Of a stretch of 64,000 nucleotides of DNA, positions 53,301-64,000 are shown piece by piece. The notes under the pieces were generated by a model. The model saw only the letters and a list, made by a program, of their open reading frames with translations, did no database searches and was not told the DNA's origin. Location of the stretch: contig NMRA01000155.1 of the NCBI GenBank assembly GCA_002633005.1, positions 517,536 to 581,535 of the forward strand, written 5' to 3'. The position numbers and the translations under genes were made by a program. Position 1 is the first letter of the stretch. Each line of letters opens with the position of its first letter. Source of the stretch: Phoronis australis. Lineage: Eukaryota; Animalia; Phoronida.

Positions 53301-56300
53301 AATTGTATTGACTGTGCAGTAATTTAAATATTCATAGACACAGACTATTAGGTAGGTAGTCTCGGCGTATATTGTAACTGAATGGAAATGACTCAACTAT
53401 TCTCCTTCCTTCATCATTGAGCGATGTGACCTTTATTACAGGATGCCGATGACCACCACCGCACGATGTACAGCAAAAAGTCAACCGGACGACTGCCATC
53501 TGCCGAGGACGAAAACCCGCCAGCTGCCCAGGTGGTGCCCAAGTCCCCTGGTCCTCAGCGAAGACAGACGTCTCAGATGCAGCAGGCTCTCAAGATGTTG
53601 CAGACTCAGGCCAGTGACAAGGACAAGGACATTGCACAGAAGGTGAGGTCGTGGGTTCATTGAGGAGTGCATTCTGAATTCGCGAGTGAAACTTATGGGA
53701 TCCACTGGTATGGTACATGGCGATAACTATGAAGACTTGCTTTTCTCGCCAGAAACTTGCTCTACGGAATACAGTCTAGCTCCTACATGCATCCTATGTA
53801 TCACGGAAATGCTGGAAACTAACACAAAATAGCTTGCTTGCATTGAAGGTTGAAAAGAGCAAAAAAGACATTTCACAAGTTCATCCATTCAGTTAAGTTT
53901 AGAGACAATGGAATATAACAAAATCTTTTTTTAATTGCTCATAGAAAACAATCATTGTAGCTTGGAAAACTCGCAGAGAATGAAAATACAAGTTGGAAGC
54001 ATGTTTCCGTGAGTTACTTGATCTTCCTGCCGTCCACCGCCGTGTCGCACAGATGTAAAGTCATAACATTTTTTCATTCCCACTGGGCAATGTATTAGAT
54101 CAGGCAACAATGACATGTTAAAAAGAAATGATTAGCTCTGTGCTAGTACATTATGAAACACCACAGACCGAACACAACGTTTGGATACATTCTGAGGTCT
54201 TTTTACGTAATTCCCGTTTTGCATAGAAAACTGGGAAAATGACAGGGATAGATTCCATGCATTCTGTTACTATTAATCTATTATTGTGGGGAAATACCGT
54301 ATGGGCTACAAAAATATAATATGAGTTGGAGCCATGTTTTGGTCAGTGCTCGACGCTTCCCCTTTTAGATGAAGGCTGAACGTGAGGCGGAAATGCAGGC
54401 ACTGAAGAACAGGTTCCACAATNGAAGAAATTACTCAGGTAATAATATTGATCTGTATGGTAAATGACATCAGGGAATGCTTCTGTGGGAAATAATCAAA
54501 GGAGGGAGTAACTACCGCACACTAACATGCAAAACTTGCATATAACAAGTGCTGATCATTTACTAATATACATGAAACTGTTAATCAGCATGTGATCTTG
54601 GGGTGCAAGGTTGGAACATTGATGGGAGAGATTTAAGGTTAGTTGGCAGGGTGAACTATATTGGAATTCAAAGTAAGGTTAAGGCACGATTGATCAACTA
54701 GTTTATAGTAACTGTTTTTTGTGTATTTTTTAAATGCCAACCACGTCTTGGATAAAGATGTACATTTTGTGACGGAAACGTACGAAAGCTTAGCAATGGT
54801 TTTTGCACATCTATATGCCTGAACATGGACTTCTATTCACATATTTTTAGTTACCTGAGATTGAAACCATGGTAATATGACTATGCCTTGTTTTGTTTTG
54901 TTTTGTTTTGTTTTGTTTAGTATTGTTGTTTTTTTTTTGTTTTCTGCTTCAAGGTTGTTCAGTTTGGACTTTCCAATAACTGATTGTAAGTTGTATTGAC
55001 TGTGCAGTAATTTAAATATTCATAGACAGAAACTATTAGGTAGGTAGTCTCGGCGTATATTGTAAATGAATGGAAATGACTCAACTATTCTCCTTCCTTC
55101 ATCATTGAGCGATGTGACCTTTATTACAGGATGCCGATGACCACCACCGCACGATGTACAGCAAAAAGTCAACCGGGCGACTGCCATCTGCCGAGGACGA
55201 AAGTCCGCCAGCTGCCCAGGTGGTGCCCAAGTCCCCTGGTCCTCAGCGAAGACAGACGTCTCAGATGCAGCAGGCTCTCAAGATGTTGCAGACTCAGGCC
55301 AGTGACAAGGACAAGGACATTGCACAGAAGGTGAGGTCGTGGGTTCATTGAGGAGTGCATTCTGAATTCGCGAGTGAAACTTATGGGATCCACTGGTATG
55401 GTACATGGCGATAACTATGAAGACTTGCTTTTCTCGCCAGAAACTTGCTCTACGGAATACAGTCTAGCTCCTACATGCATCCTATGTATCACGGAAATGC
55501 TGGAAACTAACACAAAATAGCTTGCTTGCATTGAAGGTTGAAAAGAGCAAAAAAGACATTTCACAAGTTCATCCATTCAGTTAAGTTTAGAGACAATGGA
55601 ATATAACAAAATCTTTTTTTAATTGCTCATAGAAAACAATCATTGTAGCTTGGAAAACTCGCAGAGAATGAAAATACAAGTTGGAAGCATGTTTCCGTGA
55701 GTTACTTGATCTTCCTGCCGTCCACCGCCGTGTCGCACAGATGTAAAGTCATAACATTTTTTCATTCCCACTGGGCAATGTATTAGATCAGGCAACAATG
55801 ACATGTTAAAAAGAAATGATTAGCTCTGTGCTAGTACATTATGAAACACCACAGACCGAACACAACGTTTGGATACATTCTGAGGTCTTTTTACGTAATT
55901 CCCGTTTTGCATAGAAAACTGGGAAAATGACAGGGATAGATTCCATGCATTCTGTTACTATTAATCTATTATTGTGGGGAAATACCGTATGGGCTACAAA
56001 AATATAATATGAGTTGGAGCCATGTTTTGGTCAGTGCTCGACGCTTCCCCTTTTAGATGAAGGCTGAACGTGAGGCGGAAATGCAGGCACTGAAGAACAG
56101 GTTCCACAATGGCATTCTTAAGGAGAATGTCAGTAGTGAGACCAGCGAGGCCAGCCAAACGGAGACGGAGGTAAGAACTAACGCAGACACAACACAAATG
56201 AGTAGTGCAGAGTCTATGAAACAATTTAGGTAAAGAATGCATTTTCAACTGTTCTGTATACATGCTATGTAGAGGGTAATTTGGTAACTTTGTACTAATT

Positions 56301-59300
56301 TCAGACGAAAATGATTACAGAAATTTATATATTTTTTAATTTTTATTTTAACAAAGGTGTTGCAAAACATTGCCTGGTGGTACCTATGGCAACAGATTTA
56401 GTCGGCGTTTAAATCTTCACAGCTTGTTGTCACCTGAAATTATGACAGAAAAGATTTTTTGCACACAATTTCGACTGAACTGCCAAATAATTCTGGCAAG
56501 ATGTTTTTCATCGCTTATCAGTGTGAGACAGACTTATGTTCAGTCTGTGTAGGCCTAGTTTATTTTGAAAACCAGTTTATTTTTGCTTGCACATTTTCAC
56601 GATACTGGCTGCCGTGATCTTGTTACAAGCGCCAGCCATGTGATTGGTGAACGTTTGGAAATTGTTAGGCGTTAGATCAACGTTTTGTTGATTTATTACA
56701 AAGGGCAGGGGTTGTCTGTGGATTTCTAGATGAAGAAGCAGTATTGTACGGTTGTTTTGTAGTCTCATTCTTCAGCTTTGGCTTTTGGTGTGTTGCAGTC
56801 GGAAAACGACTTTGAGCCTCAGCCTCCTCCCAGGGGGAATAACTCCAGAAAGAGGGTGCGTGAAGTTGTCACCGACCATGTTCGTGCAGGTTAGTTTTCA
56901 TCTAGCACACTTTCTTTCAAAACGGCTTCACCGCGCTTGTATTCACATTTCCTGCTCTCTGCTGCTTGTAGTTTGTAACACCACTCCATATTAAAACTGC
57001 ACGTAAATGTACTTGAAAAGTTTGTCAACCACTTTGGTGTGCAGATTTCTCATTGTCCTTACTTCAAATTTACTGCTAATCGCCTCTCAAACTGTCTTTA
57101 GTCTCCTCTCAGTTTGTGTCCAGCTTTAAGAGACTGTCATGTATCCTGAGCTTTTGTGTGGATAACTGTTTTATCTGAACTATGTTCAGTGTTGGTTGAC
57201 GTGGTTAGAGTCACTGGATTTGAAGCTATGTGCCCGGTTGAGGCTGCATTGGGACTTTTGTCTATTTGATGTATTATTGTGTGAAATCATTTCTTGGTCT
57301 GTTTGCCAGTAAAATGTGATATACAACTGTTTAAATGTGAGTTGTTGGGCAAAGCATGCCCATTTGTCAATTGAACAACATGTCTTTGTAAACAAGGATG
57401 GCAACCAGTCAGCTTTATGACTGGAGTATCAACTCGTATTCCACCTTTGGTGATGAAATGCTGTCTATGTTACAGACACTTATCTTAATGTGCAGATAAT
57501 ATGAATTACCACACAATGAGCACTCGACAAAGAACACAACACAGTCCAACAGCATTACAACGTGAATGCTTCATGTTTTCTCAGTTATAACATTCTATTC
57601 CACTTGTCTTGTTAAGCCAACTGCACTGAAAACTAAGTGATGTGGTTACATCGAACTTTGGTTACAACAAGCACTGCAGAAAAAAATGGTGGTAAAATGG
57701 CTCAACTGTATTGGTTTTCAACCTGAATACAAAACAAACTATGATATGCTTGTCTTAGTTTCTTTTTGTGTGAATGTTTTCTCTAACACATAACTGTTTC
57801 GTTTTAGCCAACAATGAACGTGGTTCTAACAATGCAGGTAATTTTGCATGTGCGCATCATCGTCACAGCTTGTTGTTACCTGGGCCCAATTGGAAGATGT
57901 ATTACATCTTGCTAACAAAATAAGCCAGTGTATTGCAAACCTACTGTTCAGTTTGGATAAAAGTGCAGTTAGTGTGCTTTAAAGTATAGATCGGCTGTAA
58001 GTGTTCATGGTAACGAATTTGTCCATTTGAAGCACGTGATTGATTTTTATGCTGCCACGTGTGTGTGGATGCATCTGATCGCCACCTCTGTCTAGGCGTC
58101 TGCTACTGTACCTCCAAAACACCTTGGAGGAACTTTATGAGAGTTGGGGTATGTGATGGCGACAACCTTTGCACGGATGCCCTGGTGGAAATAATTGGCA
58201 TTTGATCTTTGGAGTTCCTTGACGGATTATCCTGACATTTGGCAAATAGACTTTTGTTTAGGAGTTGACACACACCCAGTTTCAAATGGATTTGACGTAT
58301 TCTGCATTTGCCTCTCTGTCAAACTGTTCAAAGAATCACAATGTTGTTTGCTGACAGAACCACAGTGTGTAAAAGGTAGCATTACTAACACATTTCTGAG
58401 TCGACTCCGACAAGTAAAGAACAATTTATGGCGTATCATAAAGGCTATTGATTTTTTCATTATTTGCATTGTAATACACTGGAAAAATAGAACTTTAGTG
58501 GCATTAGAAAAAAACGTCAAACTAATATCAATGTAAAAAAGTCATTAGCACACGTTAGCAGTGTACAACTCTGAGGCATTGCGAATGATACCACAGATTC
58601 ACAGATGGCGCTGTGGTATACTGGGAAGTTACTAGTGGAGCATGTAGACAGTGGTTTCCAGTAACACTGGTCTTAGTTTTTTGTACTGTGTTTGTGGTCT
58701 TGTGTTTGTTTTGAGTTGCTTGGTTTGCTTTATCTTTCTAGTGTGAGATTTTGTTTTGTTTTGCATACATTTCTGGAATGTTGCTAGAGTCCTTTGAACA
58801 AGTAACATCAGCGTCTTTTGGCCCAGCTAGTCAGAATATTGGAATGGAAATGTTTAGTTGTACTAGTTAGTGGCTCACAAAAAGAGCTTGTAACTATTTC
58901 AAAACATGTGTGTTAGTTTTTAAGTAATGATACAACTGGTTATATTGATTGTTTGTGCAATTATATTTAAACCTGCACCTGCACTGTTCTATTCTATCTG
59001 AAGCTTTCATGTTCAATCTGTACCTCTTTTCTTCTTCTCTTGCGCATATTTGCACTGCTTGCTTTAGTCTGTTGTCAAATTTCAGTGTATTGCTCTGAAC
59101 TTTCAGGTGTAATCTGAATCTTTTTCAGACTTTGAGAGTAACCTGTCAGCCATGGGTTTTGAAATTCAAAGCACGGCTGATTTGAATGGAAAGAAAAGTC
59201 ACGTGGCTTGTCTATCGCTAACACCCAAGCCAGCACCACAGGCCCAACCCAAGACTGTCTCATTCGAAGACAGTTTCTACAGCCCAGGCAACGACAAATC

Positions 59301-62300
59301 ACTCAAGGTCTTTGAACCTCCGTGTGCGAGCTACGATAACGCCGCCACGCGTAGTTACAGTCGACTGCCACATGTGCAGTCCACATCCTCGGTGTCCTCG
59401 ACTGAGTCAGAGAGCTCGAGCGACGATAACACGCGTCAACATACCCTGCAGCGCAAAACCTCGTCAACAGATTCTGAATCTTCGTACGCATATCAAGAGC
59501 CAGCAACCTCTGAGGAAACGGAAGATGCTGACGATGAGAGTGACAATGAAGCTGCAGCAATTGCTGAAATCGACAACTTGTTGGATGAGGCCATGAGTGA
59601 TGAGGAGTCCGAAGTCGAGGAACCGCCAGCAAAGGTAATCAGCGAGTTCAACATCTGAGCCTGAGCTCCATTCTCCAAATTTAAAATCAAAGTTGCTTTG
59701 TACATTTTCGTCCTGTTTTAATACAAACTCAAGATAAGAGTTTATTATTCTATGCACCAGTAAATTATAAGTTTTTAGTCCACGATAGCACTTGGTGACC
59801 CCTAGATTCAAGCTAATCATAAAAACTATTGAAATTAGAGCTTTATGCTGGGGTCGTCAAATGCGAACAGTCATCCTGATAAACCATTACATACTCTAGA
59901 ACTGACTGACATTCATCTTAATATCATGAATACGCTAGCAAATATTAGACCCTCGGTCCTTGTTATCTTTGGAAAGTTTGAATCTTTGAGTAAGCCTTGT
60001 CCTGTGTCAAGAAATTCGGCATTTTGAACAGAACGTAAAGACGACGTCCAAATACACGTATTAGTGATCCATGTATATCACATGGCAATTATCAATGTTA
60101 ACATCAACTTTTTGTTGTTTATATACCAATGGTTTTTATTCAAGATGAGTACTTTGCATTTGGATGCTCGCAAAACTAAAGTTGATATCAATGAAAAACA
60201 GTGGGTTCAACATGTGTCCAGATATGTAGGTAATTTTTGAATGAATAGGGATTACAAAATTTTGAATTTTCTAGATATAACTCCTATTTGGTGCATTATA
60301 GGCTCTCCTTGTTTTTGTTTGCAGAAGCCAAGCCCTCCCCCACCCCAGGCTCCTGAGAGGAAGTCAAAATACAGGGTGTCAGTCGACTCCTCTGTCAAGC
60401 CATCTTACAACTTGAGGAGCTCCCAGGAGAGCCTCACTTCAGAGGATGAGCCAGAGAAGCCATTGGTCTACAGCATCGACATGTACAGATCAACAAGGTC
60501 AGAGGTCAACTATATCCAGTTGTGTGGAATGTGTTTTTGATGATCTTTGTTCTCTCTGCAATTAATAGTCTTCGAACAAAAACTTGACAAAACCTGATCA
60601 AAGTCTGTTTAAACTGTAGAAGGGGCAAATAAGGTTATTTATAACCCTATAGACAAGCCGGTGTATTAAGCCAAATATGTGCAAAACTAAGGTTTAACTC
60701 AATAAAAGGACATGTTGTCTGGAAAAGGTCCGTTGATTTTGCTTTTTACTTTAAACCAATTGGTTTATAAGACCATGTCTTTTTAGTATAATTTACCAAA
60801 AGGAAGGGTACGATTATGGCAAAACAATGGTTTCAAATCAGTGACATGGCCAAATTTCATCAGACATAAATGTTCCTGAAAAAACACAATTTATGCTCGG
60901 AATATGTCCCGAAAATACTAGGTGCGTCGCAAGCTCCGTTTCCAGAGATACAAAGGAGACCGTGTATAGGCGATATAAGGTCATTTATTATGACTGATAA
61001 GGTACAGAAATATGAGTGTACAAATAACATAAAGATAAAATAATAATCTCTGGAAAGATGGGCAATAAAAAGCGCCAGCACTCAGGTAAGAGGAACTACC
61101 CAGGGTAGAGGGTGGTAGAGGGTGGGAAAAATGAAGAGAGATTAGCTCGAACCTAAGTGCTGCAAAGCGAAGTACAGATGGCAGGAAATATAACTTTCTT
61201 GAGAACAAAGGAGCCTTATGACACGTGACAATCATCAGCCTATGGGAGCCAGGAGCTGACCAAACTCGTGGCAGTAATACAAANCAAAAACTTGACAAAA
61301 CCTGATCAAAGTCTGTTTAAACTGTAGAAAGGGCAAATAAGGTTATTTATAACCCTATAGGCAAGCCGGTGTATTAAGCCAAATATGTGCAAAACTAAGG
61401 TTTAACTCGGTAAACGGACATGTTGTCTGGAAAAGGTCCGTTGAATTTGCTTTTTACTTTAAACCAATTGGTTTATAAGACCATGTCTTTTTAGTATAAT
61501 TTACCAAAAGGAAGGGTACGATTATGGCAAAACAATGGTTTCAAATCAGTGACATGGCCAAATTTCATCAGACATAAATGTTCCTGAAAAAAAACAATTT
61601 CCTGAATTATTCCGTCTTGGTTTTGTGAAACTCATGAATAGCCCCTCAGGCAGATGTGAAATGTTCAAAAACAATTCCTAAACAGCATAGGATATGAAAG
61701 TTGCATTTGAATCTGAACTGTCATTTCTGAGATAGGATTTTCAGAAGTTAGCCAAATTCGGAATGTTTTCTGGGCTTTACATAATCTTAAATTAAGACAT
61801 CGATCAGTACTTGTCCAAACGGAAACAAATGATTTTTACATGCTGATGAAAACAGTAAAGTGAAGAAAGCAGGCAGCAATGGTTATAAATTACAAGTGGT
61901 AGGCGTTTTCCTCTGCAGTTAAACCCAGTTTTGGATAGAAAGAGGTTTTGTCGATGTTTTGGACAGCTAACATAGCACAGGCTTTTAGAGTGTGTTGAGT
62001 AACTAACAGCATTGTTCTGTTAGTTTGTCTTGAGCATGTAACGTCCCTCGTTATTTTAGATCATTGTCTAACTTTCTATTTTGCAAGGATTTCTGCACTT
62101 TGTAGTTAATTATCATGCATCTGTTAGACTGCTGAGATTTGCATTTTTCAATTAAATTTCCTGATATTAAACTAATAAAAAAATTTAAGTTTTTAACTCT
62201 GTTTTCGGTCACTCTGGGAAGAAATCTATGTTTAAACTACGGAGACTCAGAGGAAGGGGGTTCTCTATCAATCCTAGTCACTGTTCATGGCATTTTGTTT

Positions 62301-63658
62301 AATTTGAGATCATTGTTTAATTGCTTTTTACAGCACTTCTTTTTCTGTGCTGTAAGGCCATAAATGTTTTGATTCCGATCTTTTTGGTCCAATGAGGTGA
62401 TAGTTTTTAAAGACACTATCTCAACTTTTCAAGGCAGATGTGCTGTTCTTTCACTCTGTGATCTCTGGATATTAAAGTAATGCGCTGTACTCTGCTACAT
62501 TATTGTAGACACTGACCAGAATCTAATTTGCTGAGTTCTTGTCTGTGAATTCTGTTCTCCGACAGTTTTTTTAGACTACGTTGTGTCCTTTTCCCTGTCT
62601 ACTGACCATGAGTATTGTGTGTGTGTTTGTGTACGTGTTTGTCTAACAGCTTGCTCTTTTCTTTTTGCTTGGTAGTACGGACTCGTGGGCAATAGGATCC
62701 AGGTGAGTGTATGCACAAGCTTTCAGTACAGACTTGTTTGGGAATAACATAGCTATGACAGCAGCTTTGTCCTTATAGAAATCATGTTTCAACTTATTTT
62801 TTGTTGTCACGTTGCTGACTACAACAAGACAATGTTGAACAGGTTGGCCTAGAGCGTTAGTCCTTCCTATTTGCATGAACGGCCAAATGATTCTCTGGTT
62901 CCCCTACCTGGTTTCGCTTTCTGTGACCTCACAGTTCTTCTCTTCATCAGCAAAACAAAGAAATAATTTTCACTGGAAGTTTGACACCAACCAGTAAAAT
63001 CTGTGAACAAAGCCAATACCTGGACTTTAAAGTTATTCAATGAGTTTCTGTTCTCTTTCATCGCTTCACCTTCTCTACCTTGTTTATCCACCTGTGGACA
63101 CACTTTTAGTTCCTATTGTGTCCAGGAGTACAACAAGCCAAGGCACATGCAGGCTGACACCTGGTGTTGTTTTAAAGTTCTAGTTTCACTGAATAATGAA
63201 GTTAGTTTTTACATGACTTTTGTTTACTGTATGCTGAATATGGTCAATTGTACAGGTATGCGGCTTAGTGCCAGAAAACTCCACAATTCTTTCTGTTTTA
63301 CGTGTTGAGCACAATTGTAACACGGGCTCCCCCTTTACTGTTTATTGTTAAGAACCCAAACAAACATTCAAGGTAGAAGAGCTTCGAAAGTTCTGTTTGC
63401 TGAACAAGTGAACATTTCTGAAACTTCTGTTTTGTTAACTATGAAAGTTTCTCATTGTCTCTATTTTGTTATCCACAAACTTGATTAGTTTTGTATCAAC
63501 ACTAATGTTTTCTTTCTTTGTCCTTTAGACACAAGTCCAACCGTCCAGCCCCAAAAATCACTGTTGTCCGCCACTCAGAACACAGCCGTCAAGCTGAAGT
63601 GCACCAAGAGGAGGCGCTGCCATACATCCCAGAAAAGGACGACAAAGAGAAAATAAAG
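47236..63658 (+). CDS. ANLN: Anillin (actin-binding cytokinesis scaffold), partial: first exon not found, C-terminal RBD/C2/PH exons outside window
   Basis: Spliced peptides match recalled anillin motifs: KLLERTRARREAL, VKSRMQQL...W, GRFAKLAQNINNWEDDL, EREAEMQALKNRF, IDNLLDEAM, LVYSIDMYRS. All junctions are phase-consistent. Confidence 0.92.
47557..48965. repeat. Tandem near-identical copies 47557-48262 and 48264-48965 joined by a single N (likely haplotype duplication)
   Basis: Direct comparison; a few SNPs and a 4-bp indel. Confidence 0.9.
49144..49272 (+). CDS. ANLN: Anillin exon (SPKRHCLRD...GVKSRMQQLVANREDWNND)
   Basis: ttccag acceptor, gtaata donor, 129 nt, phase 1. Confidence 0.88.
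50119..50278 (+). CDS. ANLN: Anillin exon (...RKGRFAKLAQNINNWEDDLSHPVI)
   Basis: tttaag acceptor, gtaagg donor, 160 nt, phase 1 to 2. Confidence 0.9.
50471..51266 (+). mobile_element. Interspersed element (full copy 50471-51015, partial copy 51039-51266), HINE/MITE-like
   Basis: Both start TTTATGATCAACATATGT; the full copy ends CATATGCTCACATAAA (imperfect inverted end); homologous to 12245 and 60890. Confidence 0.75.
51760..52366 (+). CDS. ANLN: Anillin exon (KEEPKKKVWQPP...WEEKIKKAEK)
   Basis: tttcag acceptor, gtatgt donor, within ORF 51635-52474, phase 2 to 0. Confidence 0.9.
53442..53642 (+). CDS. ANLN: Anillin exon (DADDHHRTMYSKK...DIAQK), copy A of an assembly-duplicated segment
   Basis: ttacag acceptor, gtgagg donor, 201 nt; nearly identical to 55130-55330. 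Confidence 0.7.
55130..55330 (+). CDS. ANLN: Anillin exon (DADDHHRTMYSKK...DIAQK), copy B
   Basis: ttacag acceptor, gtgagg donor, 201 nt, phase 0. Confidence 0.8.
56057..56170 (+). CDS. ANLN: Anillin exon (MKAEREAEMQALKNRFHNG...); truncated duplicate at 54369-54422
   Basis: ttttag acceptor, gtaaga donor, 114 nt. Confidence 0.88.
56799..56889 (+). CDS. ANLN: Anillin exon (SENDFEPQPPPRG...DHVRA)
   Basis: ttgcag acceptor, gttagt donor, 91 nt; supplies the phase 0-to-1 change needed before 59129. Confidence 0.78.
57808..57837 (+). CDS. ANLN: Candidate 30-nt anillin microexon (ANNERGSNNA)
   Basis: ctaac branch-like motif, gttttag acceptor, CAG|gtaatt donor; symmetric phase 1, no stop. Confidence 0.55.
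59129..59634 (+). CDS. ANLN: Anillin exon (DFESNLSAMGFE...IDNLLDEAMSDEE...PPAK)
   Basis: tttcag acceptor, gtaatc donor, overlaps ORF 59152-59658, phase 1 to 0. Confidence 0.85.
60325..60497 (+). CDS. ANLN: Anillin exon (KPSPPPPQAP...LVYSIDMYRST)
   Basis: ttgcag acceptor, AG|gtcaga donor, phase 0 to 2. Confidence 0.88.
60890..61283 (+). mobile_element. Insertion of the TTTATG-start family, truncated by the gap; empty site at 61600/61601
   Basis: 60577-60892 is repeated at 61285-61600; only the first copy continues into the element. Confidence 0.8.
62676..62702 (+). CDS. ANLN: Candidate 27-nt anillin microexon (STDSWAIGS)
   Basis: ctaac, long pyrimidine tract, ggtag acceptor; perfect CAG|gtgagt donor; symmetric phase 2. 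Confidence 0.55.
63529..63658 (+). CDS. ANLN: Anillin exon (HKSNRPAPKITVVRH...DKEKIK)
   Basis: ctttag acceptor, gtgcag donor, 130 nt, phase 2 to 0. Confidence 0.85.
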
Positions 63659-63827
63659 GTGCAGTGCTGACTCTGATGTGATTGAGTGTTCCGTGTTTCT
63701 AGTGTTGAGCTCAGAATCTCTACTATGGACAGTTGATGTTTCTTACACCAAACCTGCTATGTTGTTTCTGAAACACAGTAACTGAATAGGGTTAAATCTA
63801 CAGAAGAGTTGACTTGACATCGTGTTA

Positions 63828-64000
63828 TGAAACATTCTAGCATTGTGTAATGAAACATTCTAGCATTGTGTAGTGAAACATTCTAGCATAGTGTAGTGAA
63901 ACATTCTAGCATAGTGTAATTCAACATTCTAGCATTGTGTAATGGGACATTCTAGCATTGTGTAATGAAACATTCCAGCATTGCGTAATGAAACATTCTA
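63828..64000. repeat. 23-bp minisatellite running off the window end
   Basis: TGAAACATTCTAGCATTGTGTAA, about 7.5 copies. Confidence 0.92.

Larger units (their letters stand above)
52745..56110. repeat. Tandem near-identical copies 52745-54422 and 54424-56110 joined by a single N (likely haplotype duplication including anillin exons)
   Basis: Direct comparison; the first copy breaks mid-exon exactly at the N. Confidence 0.9.

Noticed and set aside
58096-58148. Exon-like segment in an anillin intron (tctag ... GGG|gtatgt)
   Set aside because: 53 nt; entry and exit phases are not jointly compatible with the flanking phase-1 exons.

Overview
This is AT-rich, intron-containing animal DNA, most likely from a non-insect invertebrate; the taxon cannot be determined from the window. 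Three protein-coding genes can be rebuilt by hand from splice sites and reading phase. (1) The 3' end of a TRANK1-like gene (+; exons 230-446, 2965-5783, 9473-9634). (2) A complete 17-exon acyloxyacyl hydrolase gene, AOAH (-; 44068 to 15999; 1737 nt, 578 aa), with an intact catalytic set and one GC-AG intron. (3) The 5' and middle part of anillin, ANLN (+; from 47236 to beyond the window end), head-to-head with AOAH; its first exon probably lies in the gap at 44385. Introns and intergenic DNA hold many non-autonomous elements: Helentron-like (HINE) elements with regularly spaced CTCF-like motifs, piggyBac/Harbinger/Kolobok-like MITEs, a Penelope remnant with an inverted arm and degenerate hammerhead, a T-tailed truncated LINE, and minisatellites. 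Six single-N joins occur (30518, 41346, 44385, 48263, 54423, 61284). Four of them separate near-identical tandem copies that look like uncollapsed haplotypes, and two of these expose transposon presence/absence polymorphisms. No prokaryotic system, CRISPR array, rRNA or true tRNA was seen. Family assignments rest on recalled motifs, not database searches.
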